Positions 60,556 through 64,000 of a stretch of DNA of 64,000 nucleotides are shown in pieces (position 1 is the stretch's first letter; each line of letters begins with the position of its first letter). The stretch is taken from assembly GCA_038883715.1 (NCBI GenBank), contig JAVZLS010000002.1:37223-101222 (forward strand), given 5' to 3'. The position numbers and the translations under genes are program-made. Source of the stretch: Candidatus Bathyarchaeia archaeon. Its GTDB lineage: Archaea > Thermoproteota > Bathyarchaeia > Bathyarchaeales > Bathycorpusculaceae. The notes below the pieces were generated by a model. The model saw only the letters and a program-made list of their open reading frames with translations. It was not told where the DNA came from and made no database searches.

Positions 60556-63441
60556 TTGAAAAATATTTGCACATCCCTCCTTATAGCAACACTTACCTTG
60601 GCAGGCACGTTGCAGCTGTTCATAACTAGGGTTTCCAACGCAAATCCAGAAACGATATTATATGTCTCTCCGTCTGCAACAAGAGTCCATGTCAGTGAAA
60701 TATTCTCCGTAAACATTTCTATCCAAAACGTCATCGACCTATATGCATTCCACTTATTCTTAAAATATAACACAACATTTCTGGATGCGCTAGGCGTCTA
60801 CGTTTATCCACCTTTCAATACAGGCCCGATACTTCCCCCGGTAATAAGTGAGCCCAACGGCTGCATCGAGGTTTCTGGCGTTATAGGTTTTCCAGGTCAA
60901 GGCTTCTGGGGAAGTTTCCCCCTAGTAAATATAACCTTTAAAGCGACATCTTTTGGATATAGCTACTTGCGTCTCTGCGATACTGAATTATGGAACTCCA
61001 TGTCGAGTCCGATAACTCATGTAACAGCGGATGGAGCAGTCGAAATTTATATTTGGACCGGAACTGTTCATATCCGGGGCGATGGAGGCATCGATCCGCC
61101 AGATGCGCCCATAATAACATATGATAATATAACTTACGCTTTTGTAGGCGATATTAATGGTTCAATAGTGATTGAGAGAAGTTACATAACTCTAGATGGT
61201 GCTGGATACACTCTACAAGGAGTAGGCGCTGAGTTTGGAATACAATCTGTTAGCGCCGTTAATGTAACTGTTCAAAACATTAAAATCACCGGTTTCCAAA
61301 TAGCCCTAGACATTTGTCAGGCAAGATACTGGGTTATAACCAACAACAGCATAACGAATAACGGTGTGGGAATACGCGTCTACTACCTCTCCAGTAATAA
61401 CACCGTAATTGAAAACCATATCGTAAACAACGGTAACGGAATCAAGATTTCAGCATACGCAAAGTCTAACAATATTGTAAACAATACAATTGTTGACTGT
61501 GATATTGGAGTAGTCATCACGTCTTTTTATTCTGAAGATGGTTACAACAATGTTATGGGAAACTGGTTCATAAATAACGATTGTGGCGTTTTCATAGATA
61601 AGCCAGAACACAACACATTCTACCATAACAACTTCGTTTCAAACGCTTACCAAGTTTACATTTATGGTGAAACGGAAAACATATGGGATAATGGAAGCGA
61701 AGGCAACTACTGGAGCGACTACAATGGAACAGATGCAAACGGCGACGGCATAGGCGACACACCATACATCATCAACCAAAACAATATGGACAACTATCCA
61801 TTGATGCAACCCTGGGCCCCTCCATGGGGCGACTGGAAACACTACCACAGCTACAATGAAATCGTAAGCACACTACTTTTCCTAAACAGCAGCTTCCCAA
61901 AAATCGTTGAAGTCTTTTCAATCGGAAAAAGCCACCAAGGAAGAGAAATCTACTGCATAAGACTGACAAACGAAACAAATGCTTTTCTCAAACCCGAAGT
62001 GTTATTTGTTGGATACCACCATGCACGTGAGCCTATAAGTGCAGAATTGCCCTTGTACTTCGCTCTATCCGCTGCGGTCGGTTATGGAGCAAATCAAACT
62101 ATAACTTACCTAATAAACAATTGCGAAATTTACATTGTAGTGGCCTTAAACGTTGATGGTTTCGACTTGTTCAATGCTAACGACTGGCAAAGAAAAAATG
62201 CTTGTCCTGTTGATGAAGATGACGATGGCCTTTTTGATGAGGATCCCCCCGAAGATGAGGATGGAGACGGGTTTATCGAGCAACTTATTAACTACACTGA
62301 TCCGGAGAATCCTGTTTTAATTGGTTGGGAGGGAATCGACAACGACGGTGATGGCCTTTCTGGAGAAGACTGGATAGGAGGAGTTGATCTGAATCGAAAC
62401 TACAATTATGCTTGGGAACAAGGGACTTCAAACAAGCGGTCTGAATTGTATAAAGGTTCTAAACCATTCTCAGAACCTGAGACGCAAGCAATAAGAGATT
62501 TAGTTCAACAGCACAATTTCATGTATGCAATTAGTTTCCATTCCGGAATGGAAATGATACTGTATCCATGGGGATGCACTCGTAACCCACCTCCCGACGA
62601 AGCCAGATATAAAGAAATTGCCAATGAACTTTCGCTGGCCAGTGGTGGAACACCGTATATGCAGTCTTCTTTCGGTGCAGGACTTGTTTATGGCATTTGG
62701 GATGATTGGATGTACGGGACGAAAGGCGTCTTTGCACTTACATGCGAAATTTTCTACAACGAAACCTGGGAAGGAATAAGCGAACCAGGACCCTACCCAA
62801 ACACAAGGTGGGAAGGTGGAATAAAATACTGGTTTAATCCATTCCCCAATGGGATAGAAGCCACCATACAGCGTTGGCTGCCAGTTTTTACCTGCATAAC
62901 AAATAGAACAATAAGCGAGTTTCAATATCGCAATATTGCAGTGACCGGCGTAACAGTTCTTAAATCAATAGTTGGACAAGGCTTCGCCATGAACATAAGC
63001 GTCAAAATCGCCAACTATGGTGAGTTTATGGTAACCTTCAACGTTACAGCCTTTGCTAACGAAACATCGATAGGAACAAAAGAAGTCACACTTGAAGGCA
63101 ATTCATCTTTAAGCCTTACCTTCACATGGAACACAACGAGCTATGCGAAAGGCAACTATACGCTTTGGGCTTATGCATGGCCAGTACAAGGCGAAACAGA
63201 CATAGAGGACAACATTTTAGCAGCGCCCTTCATGGTTAGTATTGTTATACCCGGAGATGGCAACCTCAACGGCAGAATCGAGATACTTGATGTTGTCTTA
63301 GTTACAAGCCGATACGGCGCAAAAAAAGGCGATACCAATTACGATCCAAACGTTGACTGGAACAGCGACGGAAAAATCGACATACTAGACGTCGTAATAG
63401 TAACAAGCCGATACGGCCACGCTGAACCATACTTTTTCTGA
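60556..63441 (+). CDS. Secreted multidomain protein: signal peptide, cohesin-like module, NosD-type right-handed beta-helix, M14 zinc carboxypeptidase, CARDB-like module, dockerin
   Basis: Signal peptide LLIATLTLAGTLQLFITRVSNA. Cohesin-like region (VSEIFSVNISIQNVIDLYAFHLFLKYNTTFLDA...VNITFKA). Beta-helix repeats (ITNNSITNNGVGIRV, IVNNGNGIKI, GNYWSDYNGTDANGDGIGDTPY). M14 residues are present (HHAREPIS, DLNRNY, SFHSG, LTCEI). The dockerin duplication reads GDGNLNGRIEILDVVLVTSRYG and DWNSDGKIDILDVVIVTSRYG. Confidence 0.75.
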   Translation: MKNICTSLLIATLTLAGTLQLFITRVSNANPETILYVSPSATRVHVSEIFSVNISIQNVIDLYAFHLFLKYNTTFLDALGVYVYPPFNTGPILPPVISEPNGCIEVSGVIGFPGQGFWGSFPLVNITFKATSFGYSYLRLCDTELWNSMSSPITHVTADGAVEIYIWTGTVHIRGDGGIDPPDAPIITYDNITYAFVGDINGSIVIERSYITLDGAGYTLQGVGAEFGIQSVSAVNVTVQNIKITGFQIALDICQARYWVITNNSITNNGVGIRVYYLSSNNTVIENHIVNNGNGIKISAYAKSNNIVNNTIVDCDIGVVITSFYSEDGYNNVMGNWFINNDCGVFIDKPEHNTFYHNNFVSNAYQVYIYGETENIWDNGSEGNYWSDYNGTDANGDGIGDTPYIINQNNMDNYPLMQPWAPPWGDWKHYHSYNEIVSTLLFLNSSFPKIVEVFSIGKSHQGREIYCIRLTNETNAFLKPEVLFVGYHHAREPISAELPLYFALSAAVGYGANQTITYLINNCEIYIVVALNVDGFDLFNANDWQRKNACPVDEDDDGLFDEDPPEDEDGDGFIEQLINYTDPENPVLIGWEGIDNDGDGLSGEDWIGGVDLNRNYNYAWEQGTSNKRSELYKGSKPFSEPETQAIRDLVQQHNFMYAISFHSGMEMILYPWGCTRNPPPDEARYKEIANELSLASGGTPYMQSSFGAGLVYGIWDDWMYGTKGVFALTCEIFYNETWEGISEPGPYPNTRWEGGIKYWFNPFPNGIEATIQRWLPVFTCITNRTISEFQYRNIAVTGVTVLKSIVGQGFAMNISVKIANYGEFMVTFNVTAFANETSIGTKEVTLEGNSSLSLTFTWNTTSYAKGNYTLWAYAWPVQGETDIEDNILAAPFMVSIVIPGDGNLNGRIEILDVVLVTSRYGAKKGDTNYDPNVDWNSDGKIDILDVVIVTSRYGHAEPYFF

Positions 63442-63594
63442 TTGCGACTATATGGGAGATTGCGGGCGCTTGTTATAAAGATGGAATGGGAGAAATCGAG
63501 TAACAATACTAGACCTTGTCTCAATTACAAGGGTGTATGGCGCTATGCCAAGGCTTAAATAGCATTTTCAACCAAATTAACTTGGTGGTCGTGG

Positions 63595-63819
63595 TTGTTA
63601 AAAACTAAGAATCACCTTGCGTTAACCTTTATGGCTGTTCTATTGATTATGCCGTTGTTTCAAATGGTGTCTGCAACTATTATGAATACGAAGCCACCAG
63701 ACGTTAACAGTGGCGGCTATTTCCATGAACGTGATGAGCTTAGAACCGCCAGAAACATTAAATGGCTTGAATGGTGGGTAACAGTAACCCTCAGACTTTT
63801 CGGAATCGAGCCGCGATAA
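63595..63819 (+). CDS. Hypothetical small protein with N-terminal hydrophobic segment
   Basis: 74-aa ORF with a TTG start and no recognisable RBS or family. Confidence 0.25.
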   Translation: MLKTKNHLALTFMAVLLIMPLFQMVSATIMNTKPPDVNSGGYFHERDELRTARNIKWLEWWVTVTLRLFGIEPR

Positions 63820-63824
63820 ACAAA

Positions 63825-63856
63825 CATCCTTTTTCTCTATCGATTTTTAAAGGATG
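63825..63856 (+). terminator. Hairpin CATCCTTT-(16 nt)-AAAGGATG with a T-rich loop, just after a stop codon
   Basis: A perfect 8-bp inverted repeat read directly, 6 nt downstream of the TAA at 63817..63819. Confidence 0.25.
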
Positions 63857-63963
63857 AAAAGTCTCTAACCATTCGAGTTGTTCTCTAGAGGATTATTCCA
63901 TAATTTTTAAAAAACCGTTTGTGCATTTATTTCCTAGCCACAAGGAGGAAGGAGAGCACTCAA

Positions 63964-64000
63964 ATGGAAAGTAAACTGTTATTATCGGCGCTTGCTCTGG
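63964..64000 (+). CDS. 5' end of a CDS running off the window (signal-peptide-like start MESKLLLSALAL)
   Basis: The ATG is preceded by a strong purine-rich RBS (AGGAGGAAGGAGAG) about 8 nt upstream. The ORF is truncated by the window end. Confidence 0.3.
   Translation, partial: MESKLLLSALAL

Noticed and set aside
1-64000. CRISPR arrays, rRNA genes, transposases or IS elements, prophage genes
   Set aside because: Scanning by eye revealed no regularly spaced repeat array, no rRNA-like conserved segment, and no transposase or integrase-like ORF. Only short local repeats are present, and these are reported separately.

Overview
This is a gene-dense archaeal chromosomal segment of about 70 genes. 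I found no rRNA, CRISPR array, transposase or integrase, and only one tRNA (tRNA-Gly GCC). Archaeal identity rests on sn-glycerol-1-phosphate dehydrogenase, aCPSF1, tRNA-splicing endonuclease, LSm plus eL37, uS10, proteasome beta, SepF, Mre11/Rad50, ATP-dependent DNA ligase and an MJ0619/Tes-like radical SAM enzyme.

Main blocks:
- hypF-hypC-hypD [NiFe]-hydrogenase maturation genes, with no hydrogenase in the window.
- A roughly 9.7 kb co-directional beta-oxidation cluster: EtfB, EtfA, two acyl-CoA dehydrogenases, 3-hydroxyacyl-CoA dehydrogenase, enoyl-CoA hydratase, thiolase, DUF35 and acyl-CoA synthetase.
- An RNA-modification and processing neighbourhood: bacterial-type RsmH behind tRNA-Gly, a NOP2/Sun methyltransferase, a NIP7-like PUA protein, HisRS and EndA.
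- An ABC importer operon with no binding-protein gene, ending in a DUF47 gene and a small eL22-like gene.
- Secreted and surface proteins.

The most unusual item is a 961-aa secreted protein at 60556..63441. It combines a cohesin-like module, a NosD-type beta-helix, an apparently intact M14 carboxypeptidase, a CARDB-like module and a duplicated dockerin in one chain.

Other points worth a second look:
- a possible eL22 homologue
- an AT-rich PUA-like gene paired with an HhH/Fe-S glycosylase-like gene
- two membrane proteins that end in polyproline directly before the stop codon
- an AN1 zinc finger fused to an M50 protease
- a HEPN/MNT pair
- five convergent gene pairs whose 3' ends overlap

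Several ORF-track starts are too long and are corrected below. All family calls come from motif recognition by eye, not from database searches.
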